Shown here: positions 45,710-55,768 of the stretch, in pieces | Layout of the letters: each line of letters begins with the position of its first letter | How positions within the stretch are numbered: position 1 is the stretch's first letter | IMG/VR virus record: IMGVR_UViG_3300036781_000813 | Location: 2,095-66,094 of that record | Reading direction: 5' to 3' (one strand) | Source of the DNA: a virus | Lineage: Duplodnaviria; Caudoviricetes | Length of the DNA: 64,000 bases | The notes under the pieces: generated by a model | Databases searched by the model: none | What the model saw: the letters and a program-made list of their open reading frames with translations, nothing else | Told to the model about the DNA's origin: nothing | Position numbers and translations under genes: made by a program

Positions 45710-45869
45710 CGCGCCGCCTTCCGGTTCCGAACTGCACCCAACAGCGACGTCATGTAGTCCCGTAGCTTCTTCTGAGCGCGGGACTTGTCCCCACCCCGGG
45801 CGTTGTGCGCGGCCATCATCAGGCGCTTGTGCTGGGGATCGATCGCCCGGCGGGTAAGCTGGCGGCGGG

Positions 45870-46823
45870 TCATGCTGCTGCCTCTTGCTGGCGACGGAGG
45901 AAGACCGGGATCGCCAGATCGTCCTCATCGGGATTGATCGCCGGCGCGGAACCGGCCGGCTGGTCGCCCTCAAAATGGCCTAGAACGTCGGTTTTATTAG
46001 TGTTTGACCCGGCCGGTTCGGTGGCGCGCTGGTCACCTTCAGTCGTCCGATTTTCTCGGACATCTGGCTGGACCTCGTTCTGGGCGAGGTCCAGAGGGGT
46101 ATCGGTTTGGCCGACCCCCTCAGCATGGCGAGCCTCACGCTCTAGCCTTGCTGGATCTGTGGATGTCGCGACTTGCTCGCGAAGAATGGCGCCAACTTCC
46201 GCCCCGACCGCGGCTGTTGGCATTGCAGGCGGCTCGTATCCGTGTGCTTGCGAGGCATCATCAGGCCGCCGACTGCTGTCGACTGCGCCCTGTTCCGGGC
46301 CCGCGTTGTATTGCTGCACCACGCCGTCGCTGTCGGCCTCCAGCGGGTTGCCCTTGGCGTCGTGGCCGGTGGGGAGGGATGCGACTTCCGGCGGCGTGAT
46401 GACTGTGACCTTGGGCTTGCGTCGTCCATCCATTTTGGAGTGGATGGATACGTCGAACATCTGGCCAAGCTGCCGGAGCTTGCCGGCCTTGCCATTGCTG
46501 ACGCGCAATTCAGCGGCCACCTGCTGCACCGTCATGTTCCGGCGGAACAGGTTGATCGCTTGGGCTAGCTCGCAGCCGATCGGCAGCTCGGCCGGTGTAT
46601 CGCGCTCCCCGGCGAGGTATAGACACTGCTGGTCGATGGCGTCCTGCTGGGCGCGCTTCTCGCTGCCTTGGCGTTTCCGGGCGACGTAGCGGCGCAGGCC
46701 GGCCGTATCGATGCCATGCCCCGCCACCTGCTCCATGAACCTGTCGACGCTGTTCTTGTTCGAGTCCTGCAGGTCGCGGAACTGCGTGGCCAGCGCCTTG
46801 AATTGCTCGCGGTCGATGGTCAT
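45870..46823 (-). CDS. GapR/DUF2312-like domain plus HTH and a disordered acidic tail
   Basis: GHGIDTAGLRRYVARKRQ...RAQQDAIDQQCL, MTVQQVAAELRVSNGKA, and a C-terminal DDLAIPVFLRR. Confidence 0.6.
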   Translation of the reverse strand: MTIDREQFKALATQFRDLQDSNKNSVDRFMEQVAGHGIDTAGLRRYVARKRQGSEKRAQQDAIDQQCLYLAGERDTPAELPIGCELAQAINLFRRNMTVQQVAAELRVSNGKAGKLRQLGQMFDVSIHSKMDGRRKPKVTVITPPEVASLPTGHDAKGNPLEADSDGVVQQYNAGPEQGAVDSSRRPDDASQAHGYEPPAMPTAAVGAEVGAILREQVATSTDPARLEREARHAEGVGQTDTPLDLAQNEVQPDVRENRTTEGDQRATEPAGSNTNKTDVLGHFEGDQPAGSAPAINPDEDDLAIPVFLRRQQEAAA

Positions 46824-47110
46824 GCGCGCACCGGATTGTTGACGGCATCCTTCGGCTGAGCGGTCGTGACGCCGCTGTCCGATGGATGCCGTCCGACCGA
46901 ACCGCTTCGGTCGTTTTCAAGTTCCTTGATGGCTGCCCTCACGCGGCGCCAGAGGTCGTAGTGTTCGCCGTCGATGGGACGGCTAACCGAAATCGGCTGC
47001 CCCAAGATGTCTTTCCTTTCTTCGCGAAGAACCTGCCCCGGCACGTCGACGCCGGTGAGACGTTGAAAGTGCCGGTCGACCTCGCGCAGCGTTTCGAGAA
47101 CGTCGTTCAT
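46820..47110 (-). CDS. Hypothetical protein
   Basis: GGGGAG RBS, ATGA coupling. Confidence 0.55.
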   Translation of the reverse strand: MNDVLETLREVDRHFQRLTGVDVPGQVLREERKDILGQPISVSRPIDGEHYDLWRRVRAAIKELENDRSGSVGRHPSDSGVTTAQPKDAVNNPVRA

Positions 47111-47297
47111 CTCCCCTCCCTGTCGCTCTCGATCCGCTCCACCACCGCCGCGCGCAGCTTTCGATAGGCATCCAGCAGGCAAACCTTGAGGACGAAGATC
47201 GTCACGAAGCCGGTGCCAAGGACCCAGTAGAAGAGGTCCGGCTCCTGATTGCTGAGGTGCGGCTTGGTCCATTTGTGGAAGCGGACGTAGAGATCCT

Positions 47298-47624
47298 TCA
47301 CTCGCCAGCCTCCAGTTCCTTCAACCGCTTCTTGGCCGCTACTACCTTCGCTTGATGCGCGACCTCTGGATTGACCGGCGCGAGCAACAGCGCGCACAGG
47401 TCGTCATCGCTCAGCATGGCTAGTACGTGCTCGCCCTTGGGCACGCTGCGACGCTGCTTCCAGCCTTCGACGGTACGGACACTCGCGCGCGCCTTGGCGG
47501 CAATCAGCTTCGCGGGAAGCGTGCAGAGCACGTCCGCGATGACATCGGCCATGGACACACGTATCGCCATACTCACGCGCTTTACTCCGTTAGGTCCCGT
47601 ACACGGGTACGTTTTTCTCGCCAT
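47298..47624 (-). CDS. HTH regulator (CII-like position), start uncertain
   Basis: AKLIAAKARASVRTVEGWKQ. Confidence 0.6.
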   Translation of the reverse strand: MARKTYPCTGPNGVKRVSMAIRVSMADVIADVLCTLPAKLIAAKARASVRTVEGWKQRRSVPKGEHVLAMLSDDDLCALLLAPVNPEVAHQAKVVAAKKRLKELEAGE

Positions 47625-48062
47625 GCTCTCGCTCCATAACTGAGGCATGAGCACACGGGCTGACAAAGACACATGGGTTTCGGTTGGCTCGCTCCTTCGC
47701 GATATGGCCGGCAAGCTCATCGCGAAGAGAAATTCGGGCGTGACGCCCGCTGAAGAAAGTGCCGAGCCCGAAGGCCCGGCGAGTTACCCGCCGCCCGAGG
47801 AGAGAGAAGCGGCAGGGGGAAAGCCGGTGGCTATCAACACCGGAGGAAACGGGCCTCGCCGCCGTGAGGGGCATCCTGGGGAGGATGGCGGCGAGGCGGC
47901 GTCCGGACCCTCGGATTGCTATCGGTCTCGGACGCGGGGAGTGATTAGGCCGCTCGACAGACGGCCTGGTGAGTTCGTGACGCGTAGTTGCCCCTGCAGC
48001 GCTCACGCGGCCCGGACGGCCGTCTCCTCGGCTACCCACGCAGCCAAGACCGTCCGGGCCGA

Positions 48063-48392
48063 TCACGAATGCAGCTCCTTGGCGATGTCCGCAGCCGTGC
48101 GGAAAGGAACGCCCCGGCGGAGCAGGACTTGGTAACGCTCACGTTCCTTCAGGGTCAGGTTGGCCTTGATGCGCTGGCGCTCGCTTCGACCGGCGCGGCG
48201 GAGGATGTCCCGCAGGGCCTGCTCCGTGAGCCCGTAGCCCTCGCGCAACTGCTTCTGGGTCGCGCCATCATCGAAGGCCTTGATGATTGCCTCTCGCTGG
48301 CGGGCAACGGCATCGGCACGCTCGTCTCGCAGCCGGGCCAAGGCCTCGACCGTGACGGCGATGTCGGCGTCGATCTCGGCCAAGCTCTTCAC
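48063..48392 (-). CDS. HTH protein
   Basis: FDDGATQKQLREGYGLTEQALRDIL. Confidence 0.6.
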   Translation of the reverse strand: MKSLAEIDADIAVTVEALARLRDERADAVARQREAIIKAFDDGATQKQLREGYGLTEQALRDILRRAGRSERQRIKANLTLKERERYQVLLRRGVPFRTAADIAKELHS

Positions 48393-48590
48393 GGCTCAGT
48401 TCCCCCGTCCCGCCTGCCGCGTGATAGCGACCAGCAGGAACAGCAAGCCGAAGGCGGTGACGGAGATACCGATGCAGTCAGCGGTGATCGGCGCGCCAGG
48501 ATTGGTGATGATCGACCACTGTTGAGCGGTGAAGCCCACGACACCGGCGAGGATCAAGCTGACAAGCAGGGCGATGAAGGAGCGCACGCT

Positions 48591-48923
48591 CTAAACTCCC
48601 CTCGCCGCGCGCTTGGCGGCCTTGGCTGCCTGCTTCGCGCCCCCGTGCGGCTGGTATTTGGATTTCGGCGTCGCCCAGCCGCCGACGTGGCGGCGGGTGT
48701 ATCCGTGCTGCTGGCGTCGACCGTTGCTGAGCATCTTGGAGAGCCCGGCAGTGACAGCGCCGTACATGCTTTCGAGGCTGGCTTGGTAGCTGCTCTCCTG
48801 AACCACGGTCACGGCCTCGGTGAGCACGTCGTCCATGCCGAGCGCCCGAGCGGTGTAGATATTCAGGTCGGTGGACGTGAATGTTGGTCCGGAGATCGAT
48901 CCGGTAATCAGCGTCTTGGTCAC
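48591..48923 (-). CDS. Hypothetical protein
   Basis: GGGAGGG RBS, GTG start. Confidence 0.5.
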   Translation of the reverse strand: MTKTLITGSISGPTFTSTDLNIYTARALGMDDVLTEAVTVVQESSYQASLESMYGAVTAGLSKMLSNGRRQQHGYTRRHVGGWATPKSKYQPHGGAKQAAKAAKRAARGV

Positions 48924-49451
48924 GTCGACACCCTCCCCGTCTCTTCCTCGACCTGCCGTTGCCGAACCCGTGCGCGGATTCTCTCTATGGCCGCTTCATC
49001 GCATCCAGCCGCCTCGGCAAACCTGAGCAGCTCGGCGGCTTTCTCTGCCAAGGCGACGTGATCGGAAGACGGGGTGTAGGAGATGTCGATCATGCGGACC
49101 TCTCTTCAAATTCAGCAGCCCGACGTGAGAGATGCGCAGCAAGTTCGAGATAGCCCTTAGCGATCAGGCCGGGGATTGCGGCGCGCGCGGCCTTTGCTGC
49201 GGCGGCATAGCTCTCCTTGGAAAGCACGATGGGGTGGGACCGCTGATGGAAGCGCATGTGGGCCATCCCTCAGCCCTCCCGCAGCGCGAGTCGCATGACA
49301 CACGCCACCACGACCAGCCAAACAGAGAAGATCAGCAGCGTGATCGGAATGCCGACGAAGCCAATCTTCGTGCAGGCGATGAGGCCGACGATCAGCATCG
49401 TCCACCACGCGGCGATGAAGATGCAGACGGCGGACAGGGCAATGGCGCGCT

Positions 49452-49775
49452 TCATTTGTGCCACTGCCCCATGAGCAGGTGACAGCGCTCATGCCTGAGT
49501 GTGTCTTCCCGCTTCCACCCTCGCAGGCTGTCGTCGATCACGATGTGGTTGCCCCAGGTCTCGCCGAGGATGCGGCCCTCGTACCCGAGGATGGCCGCCT
49601 CTTCGGCCATCCACTGGCGCGGCTTGAAGGTGATCGTTGCCTCGACCTTGGAGAGGTCCCCACGGCACTGCGGCGGGTAGACATTCCCAGCCTGATCGGT
49701 GAGCGGGCCTTCATGCGAGGCACAGGCGGTCAGAGACGCGGCCAAGAGGATGGCGATGGCTGGGCGGGAGGTCAT
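49452..49775 (-). CDS. Lipoprotein with an HExxH motif
   Basis: ASLTAC lipobox, TLRHERCH. Confidence 0.6.
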   Translation of the reverse strand: MTSRPAIAILLAASLTACASHEGPLTDQAGNVYPPQCRGDLSKVEATITFKPRQWMAEEAAILGYEGRILGETWGNHIVIDDSLRGWKREDTLRHERCHLLMGQWHK

Positions 49776-50245
49776 GCGGCCTCGCACGATCTGGCCGGGA
49801 ACAGCCGCGCCATCACCTTCTCATCGAGGGTGACGTCGTACTGGTCGGCGGCGGCGCGAATCTGCGCCTCGCGGTAATGCGGGATGCGCTTGCTCAACCA
49901 CTTCCGGATAAGGCTCGGATGTTCGCCGAGAGCCGACGCGGTGGATCGCAATCCGCCAAAAATCCCGCAGAGATCGATCACGCCATGATTGATCGACTGC
50001 GGGTCGGGCGCAGGCTCGGTCGCCATGCGCAGCGACCAACGGAACCATTCGCCCTCGGTTCGATGTTCCGCAAAGATAGCGTGGAAGGCTGCTTCGGTGG
50101 CGAAGTCACCTTCGACCGTCCGGACGATTTCAAGCCGATGCGGGCAGCCAGCTTGGAGTTGCGCCACGCGGCGCTCGACCATGGCGGCGTAGCCGATCTT
50201 CACGAAATCCGTGCCAGTCGCGCGAGCGAAGTAAACGGTCATCAC
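49772..50245 (-). CDS. GIY-YIG (T5orf172-like) domain fused to a Cro-like HTH
   Basis: VYF...VKIGY...RVAQLQAG...EAAFH...GEWF, then IFGGLRSTASALG...W...IP. Confidence 0.75.
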   Translation of the reverse strand: MMTVYFARATGTDFVKIGYAAMVERRVAQLQAGCPHRLEIVRTVEGDFATEAAFHAIFAEHRTEGEWFRWSLRMATEPAPDPQSINHGVIDLCGIFGGLRSTASALGEHPSLIRKWLSKRIPHYREAQIRAAADQYDVTLDEKVMARLFPARSCEAA

Positions 50246-50481
50246 GCGGCCTTCCGGCGGCGGGGCGACTTCGCCTTAGCATGCGCGAGGGCGAGCGCTT
50301 CGTAGGTGAAGCCCTCAAGCCCTTGGGTCTCGGCGAGGCTGATCAGCTTCGGCCACCACGCGACCGGGATCGAGTTGCGTGTCTCCCACGAGGCTACGGT
50401 CGTGAGGTGCTTTTTTAGCGATACCCGGAGGGCTTTTACGCCGCCAAGACGTTCGATCGCATGGGCTGGAGAATTGATCAT
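50242..50481 (-). CDS. cro: Cro-like repressor
   Basis: IERLGG...TVASWETRNSIPVAWW, divergent from cI. Confidence 0.8.
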   Translation of the reverse strand: MINSPAHAIERLGGVKALRVSLKKHLTTVASWETRNSIPVAWWPKLISLAETQGLEGFTYEALALAHAKAKSPRRRKAA

Positions 50482-50489
50482 GGCGACGG

Positions 50490-50546
50490 AACCTACGCAT
50501 AATGCGTAGTCTCGTCAACGCCTATTGCGTAACGCAGGATGCGAAG
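50490..50546. promoter_or_regulatory. Immunity operators (OR) and PR-like promoter
   Basis: Palindrome CTACGCATAATGCGTAG (50493-50509) plus two degenerate copies. Minus-strand TTGACG-N17-TAGGTT lies 8 nt before the cro ATG. Confidence 0.8.
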
Positions 50547-50555
50547 CTCCTGTGG

Positions 50556-51314
50556 ATGGAAAAGCTCAACACGCCCGCAGAGCGCTTGCGATGGGCCCGC
50601 ATCAACAAGGGCAAGTACGAATCCGGCACCAAGGCCGCAGAGGCCCGTGGGTGGACAGTCTCGACCTATTTGGGCCACGAAAACGGCGACAGGACGCCAA
50701 GTCGAAAGGCGGCGGAACGCTACGCAGCGGCCTACGGAATACCGTGGGCTTGGATATTCGACGGTGGGCCGCTGCCATTGAAGCGACGAGACGGTGGTCC
50801 CGCTTCAATGCCGCAGGGCACCAGACCATCCGGCGCCGTTGCCGCGAAACCGGGCGGCAACCTCCGTAGGCAGTCCGACGAAGAAAAGACCGTGCCCGTC
50901 CGGTCCTATGTTGGCGCCGGCGACGAGGTCTTTCCTATCGACGGAGATGGCCCGATCGACTGGGTGTCCGCTCCTCCCGGCATGGAACACGGGGAAGCTA
51001 CGGAGGTCCGCGGGAACTCAATGCGCCCGCTCTATCATGACGGCGATCTGCTGTTCCACATTCAGCGCGTCGACATCGATCTCGGGGCGTACAAGGACGA
51101 AGTCGTTGTGGCCCAGGTCACGAATGGCAAGCGCTTCGTCAAGCTTCTCCGCGCCGGCTCGAAGCGCGGTCTCTACGTTTTGGAGAGCATCAACCCGGCC
51201 TTCGATCTCATCCAAGATCAAAAGCTCGACTGGATCGGGCCGATCCAGTGGGTGCATAAGCGATGGAGGCAAGAACGCCTCAGACGAGGCCGCGGCGCCG
51301 GGAAAGCCGGCTGA
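50556..51314 (+). CDS. cI: CI-like repressor (HTH plus S24 peptidase)
   Basis: ERLRWAR...TYLGHENGDR, VGAG cleavage site, VRGNSMRP, FVK. Confidence 0.9.
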   Translation: MEKLNTPAERLRWARINKGKYESGTKAAEARGWTVSTYLGHENGDRTPSRKAAERYAAAYGIPWAWIFDGGPLPLKRRDGGPASMPQGTRPSGAVAAKPGGNLRRQSDEEKTVPVRSYVGAGDEVFPIDGDGPIDWVSAPPGMEHGEATEVRGNSMRPLYHDGDLLFHIQRVDIDLGAYKDEVVVAQVTNGKRFVKLLRAGSKRGLYVLESINPAFDLIQDQKLDWIGPIQWVHKRWRQERLRRGRGAGKAG

Positions 51315-51543
51315 TCCTCGTTACTGCCCGCGTCGGGATGCATATCAGGCCAGTGGCGTGGCTGGCTTGGTGGTAACTGCCTATGCTCGACGCTATAATC
51401 TTTACCGATCCATCGTCGACCAAGAATCCAACGGTTTGGCATCTTGCCGACGTTTCGGATTTAAGTTCACTCAGTTCATACCAACGCGACGCCGGCTGAC
51501 TGCTGTCCTCCCATTCAATGAGGACGAGTGGATATTCCCCCAT
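51280..51543 (-). CDS. Small hypothetical protein
   Basis: LVLIEWEDS...CQTVGFL...IP, low GC. Confidence 0.65.
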   Translation of the reverse strand: MGEYPLVLIEWEDSSQPASRWYELSELKSETSARCQTVGFLVDDGSVKIIASSIGSYHQASHATGLICIPTRAVTRISRLSRRRGLV

Positions 51544-51721
51544 GATAATTTGTTGCTTTCGTTAATGTTTCCCCCGATACGACGGGCTTTCCAAGAGCCT
51601 GTCGTTCGCAAACGTACAGTAACAGTCTAACTGTATTTGGTTGCCGTGCATTTATGCCTACCCGAGACCCCCTACAGTTGTAGTGCGACCATTTCGGCTG
51701 CAATGTGGGAACGAAATGCAA

Positions 51722-52171
51722 CTACCGCTTGGAATGCTTGTTTTCCGCTCGCCATTCCCAAGCCTTCTGGCAGTCGTGCGCATGCACGCCGAGCCGCGCA
51801 CCGATCGCCGCCTTCTCCTGGCTGATGTAGTCGGAGCTGTACCGGGTGAAGGCCCACGCCATGCCGGCGCGCACCATCTCCGCACCCAGATCCTCGCCGC
51901 CCGCGCGGCATAGGCCGATCGACCGCTTGTAGCGGTCGTGGCCGCGGAACTCACAGACGACTGTCTTTCCCCCGATGAGCTTGCGCATGGTCGCCGTGGC
52001 CTCGAGCCCGGCCGGCCAGCCGTCGGCGCAGGTTTGATGCGTCTCCGGCGCGTCGATCCCCCATAGCCGCCATTTGGTGCCGTCGAGCTTGATTGTATCT
52101 CCGTCAGTGACGGTCTGGGCAAAGGCGGGAGCGGCGATCAGGAGCGTGATCGCAAGGGCGGTGGTTCTCAT
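51722..52171 (-). CDS. Secreted thermonuclease (SNase family)
   Basis: Signal peptide, DGDT...RLWGIDAPE...DRYKR...MVRAGMAW. Confidence 0.9.
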   Translation of the reverse strand: MRTTALAITLLIAAPAFAQTVTDGDTIKLDGTKWRLWGIDAPETHQTCADGWPAGLEATATMRKLIGGKTVVCEFRGHDRYKRSIGLCRAGGEDLGAEMVRAGMAWAFTRYSSDYISQEKAAIGARLGVHAHDCQKAWEWRAENKHSKR

Positions 52172-52234
52172 TCAGGAAGCTTGGCGGCCGTCTAAGGCGA
52201 CGTCGGGGCCGTAGTGTGAAGTTGTGTAAAGCCG

Positions 52235-52978
52235 CTAGCGCAGCACGGCCCGCGTCTCGTATTCGATAAATGGTTCACTCACACCCGGCAGACGATGAAG
52301 AGTGGGGCCGACAACATTCTCGCTGTGCTGACCAATCACGTCCTGAACGCGTTTTGGTTGACCGCTCGCAAATCCCGTTCCAACGAACAGACGATATGCG
52401 CCTGGCTCCAGATTGCCAAATGACTCAGACGTGAATTTTCCTCCGACGACCGTCGCGCTGGAAGTTAGATATATGCACCGTGGGATGCACTCTGGCGGCA
52501 GGCCTTGAAGCGTTATCTGAAGTAGCGCTCCATCTGGCAGGTTTGTCGTTCCAGAGACGATGGGATTGGGCGCGCCACGCACAACCGAGGTGGTGAACAC
52601 GGGGATAAAGGGCTGGCCCGGCGCGGAGAGCTGCGAGGGCGGCCCATGCGGTTCCGATGATCGAAGGCCCAGGATTCCGAGCCGATTGCGATAGGCAAGC
52701 ACGAGGCAATACGCAGAGGTGCATTTATCGCGGACCTCAGTCCGCCATTTATACTGTTGCGCCGTGACTTCATCCCGGTTTGAGGCATTCGCGATCTGGG
52801 CCTTGTAGAGGTCGACCATCGTCTCATCCATTCGGCTGAGTTCTGGCTCGTCGCAGATCATCTTTTCCACGGCCGTACTGGCGAAACGGCAATTGAATCC
52901 GGCCGCCCCGGCAGAGCTTGGAACCAGCCAGACCGCCACTATAGCGAAAAGAACTTTTGTTACCTGCCACCTGTTCAT
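52235..52978 (-). CDS. Secreted protein with an LprI-like (lysozyme inhibitor) domain
   Basis: Signal peptide, FNCRFASTAVEKMIC...LSRMD...QYKW...RDKC...CL..AY..R. Confidence 0.75.
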   Translation of the reverse strand: MNRWQVTKVLFAIVAVWLVPSSAGAAGFNCRFASTAVEKMICDEPELSRMDETMVDLYKAQIANASNRDEVTAQQYKWRTEVRDKCTSAYCLVLAYRNRLGILGLRSSEPHGPPSQLSAPGQPFIPVFTTSVVRGAPNPIVSGTTNLPDGALLQITLQGLPPECIPRCIYLTSSATVVGGKFTSESFGNLEPGAYRLFVGTGFASGQPKRVQDVIGQHSENVVGPTLHRLPGVSEPFIEYETRAVLR

Positions 52979-53000
52979 CTGTGGACAGTGTCACGAAGGA

Positions 53001-53044
53001 CTACGCATTTTGCGTTGACATAGGTTACGCATATTGCGTAGATT
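53001..53044 (+). promoter_or_regulatory. Left operators (OL) and PL-like promoter
   Basis: CTACGCATTTTGCGTTG (53001-17) and TTACGCATATTGCGTAG (53025-41) flank TTGACA (53015-20). Confidence 0.8.
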
Positions 53045-53069
53045 GCGACTCACCACACCGGAGCCCGCC

Positions 53070-55757
53070 ATGCCCGCCGTCACCACCCTCCCCGCCGACC
53101 AAGTCGCTAATCAGAATGAAATTGGCTCGCCCGCAGTGGCGGCCCCTATCACGTCTAAGCAGTCATCCGCTCCTGCAACGTGGCGCAACGAGACGGTCCC
53201 GACGAGCATCGGTCATTGCCACAAGATTATGCTCGGCAACGAGTTGGTTGCTTGCGTCTACGTGGACCATCGGCATCCCAGCGAAAAGGATGCGCGCACC
53301 GTTGCTGCCGCTGAGCGCGCCCGCCTGATCGCAGCCGCTCCCGACATGAAGGCCCAACTCGAAAGCACGCTCCACACGCTGGGCTTGCTGGCCGATGCCT
53401 ATCCGCTCGGCGGCGCGACCCGCAACACTCTTGAGGAAGAGTGCGCAGCAATCCGCGCCACCATCGCCCTAGCCTCCAAGGAGGCCTGAGCCATGGACTC
53501 GATCACCGACGCCTTCCTCCTCCGACCTGAGACAGTTGTTGTTGAAGTGGATGATGTGGCCGAGCCGCGCCGTCCCGCCCTGCCGGGCTTCATCTGGCGG
53601 AAGCTGATCGCCGCCGGCATTACCGACTTCAAGTCGCGCGAGGCTTCCATCGCATGCTGCAAGGCAGAGATGGACTGGGCTCAGGCCGACTGGCGCCGGA
53701 TCACGGCCGATCTGGGGCTCGGCGCAGTGGACGCCAAGGAGCAGACCTGGGGTACCCCGGCTTGGCAGGGCGCTCTCCTCCCGCACGAAGCTGCCGCCCA
53801 AATCGTGGTCAACATCTGGAGCGAACACATCGCTCCGAAGGAAGACCGGGCGCGCAAGCTCTGGTCGACCATGAACGCCCAGCGCAAGGCCGGCTGGAAC
53901 ACCGACGAGATCGCGAAGGACGTCCGCTGGTACTTGGCGGAAAGAAGGAAGCTGCTGCCGAAGTTCAAAGCGGCAATCGAGCGCTACGCCAAGCTGCGGG
54001 AGCAGCTCGACAGGACGCCGAGCGGGCCGGCGTGCGCGAAGGAGGCTGCGTGATGCGTAGCGCAGAACATCACCACAACCTAACCAACGGCGTCGGCAAG
54101 TGCTCCGTCCCCATGTGGGGCATCGCAGGCGAGTGCTTCTGCGACGCGCCTGCATACGGCAAGCCACCGCCGAGCAAGCTGTACTGGAATGCTGGTCGCG
54201 GGCGCTACACGCGCGTTGACGGCAGGTACGACGGCTATGTGCCCGGACTCGCCTGCGTAGCTCACGGCGGTTCTGAGCCCACACACATCGGCGATCCGTG
54301 CGTCCACTGCGACATAGCTCACGACGAGGTGCCCGTGGGGCCATGCAGTCGCGCGATCGCCAAGGTGGAGGTCGCCTGATGTACGGCCACCAGCACGACC
54401 AGCACCGCGCCGCCAAGCTGCAGGACAGCACCGAGGAGATGATCCGCATGCGCGAGCCCCGCCACGCAGCGCCGCCCAAAGCGGAAGACGCACACAAGCT
54501 CCGGCTGGCGCTTCTTCCCTTCGTGCTGGCGTACGCCGAAGCAGCCGACCCGATCGGCGACAGCGATCTCTACAACGAGCAGCCGCGCTCCGTGAGCGTG
54601 ACGCTCGGCGACTGCCGGAAAGCGGCGGCGCTGCTCGGCATCTATCCGAAGGTGAAGCCGTGACCCTCCCCGGATACGACGACTGGAAGACGCACAACCC
54701 CGACGATGACCGCTGCGAGCATTGCGGCGTCCACCCTCGTGAGTGCAGCGGCGATTGGCAGCCCGAGCAATGCACTGGCGAGTGCGGACGCGGCTGGCGC
54801 AATCCCGATGCCGAGCGCGACCAGCGAATCGATGACGAGATGATGGAGCGCGGACAGTGACCACCACGAAGCGCGTCATGGTCGCTCAAACCATTGTCGT
54901 CACAGTGGACGAGACGAAGTTCACGTCGGAGTTCATGCGCGAGTTCCGGCTGCACTTCTACCCGTTCGACACGCTCGACAAGCACATCGAACACCTCGCC
55001 CAGCTACACGCTCGCGGCCTCGCGGCCGATCACAGCTTCATCGAAGGCTACGGCCCCGCGAAGGACATGGGCATCCGGTTCCGCACCGAAGGCGGCACCG
55101 AGACGGACATCCTCGGGAGCCAGTCATGACCCGCTACCTCCTCGCTATCGCCACCATCCTCGCGATGGTCGCCGCCAAGCATGCCACTGCAACGGATACA
55201 GCGATGATCGTCTGCCGTCCCGGTGAGAAGTGCTTCATCAAGTACGTGTTCGATGTCTCGACGGCCTGTGACTTAGACAAATGGAGCGTTGGGAACATTC
55301 AACCCAAGGGCACTCGTCTGTTCTGCCGGCCGGTCAGGGATACCAAAGAGGTGCGCCGGTGATGCCGAACCGCAAAGACCTCGAGAGTGTCCCCGCGTGG
55401 CCGCCGGTCCCAGGCTTCTACGCGACCGCCCTCGTTAAGGGCGGCCCTCGAGTCGCGATCAGGATTTGGTACGGCCTGCCGATCATCGGTGACGAGGAAC
55501 AAGACCGCGGGCCGCGATGGAACGTCTCCGTGGATGGCCGCACCGATCGTTGGGAGCGCGATGAAGGCAACATCTATCGGTGTCGAGTTGCTTTCGACGT
55601 CGATCGCTTCTGGCCCTACTGCGCCCGCGAGCCGATCACCGAGGCTGAATATCGCTTCTTGGTCGCCGACGCCGAATGGACGCGCGAGCACGCGCCCAAC
55701 CATCCGAAGGCCCGACCGCACAAGCCCGTCGATTTCAACACTCTCCTGCCCTTCTGA
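53070..55757 (+). other. Early operon of small hypothetical ORFs (53070-53489, 53493-54053, 54053-54379, 54379-54663, 54660-54860, 54857-55129, 55126-55362, 55362-55757)
   Basis: Tightly coupled start/stop overlaps and RBSs. Confidence 0.65.
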
Positions 55758-55768
55758 AAGGAATCACC

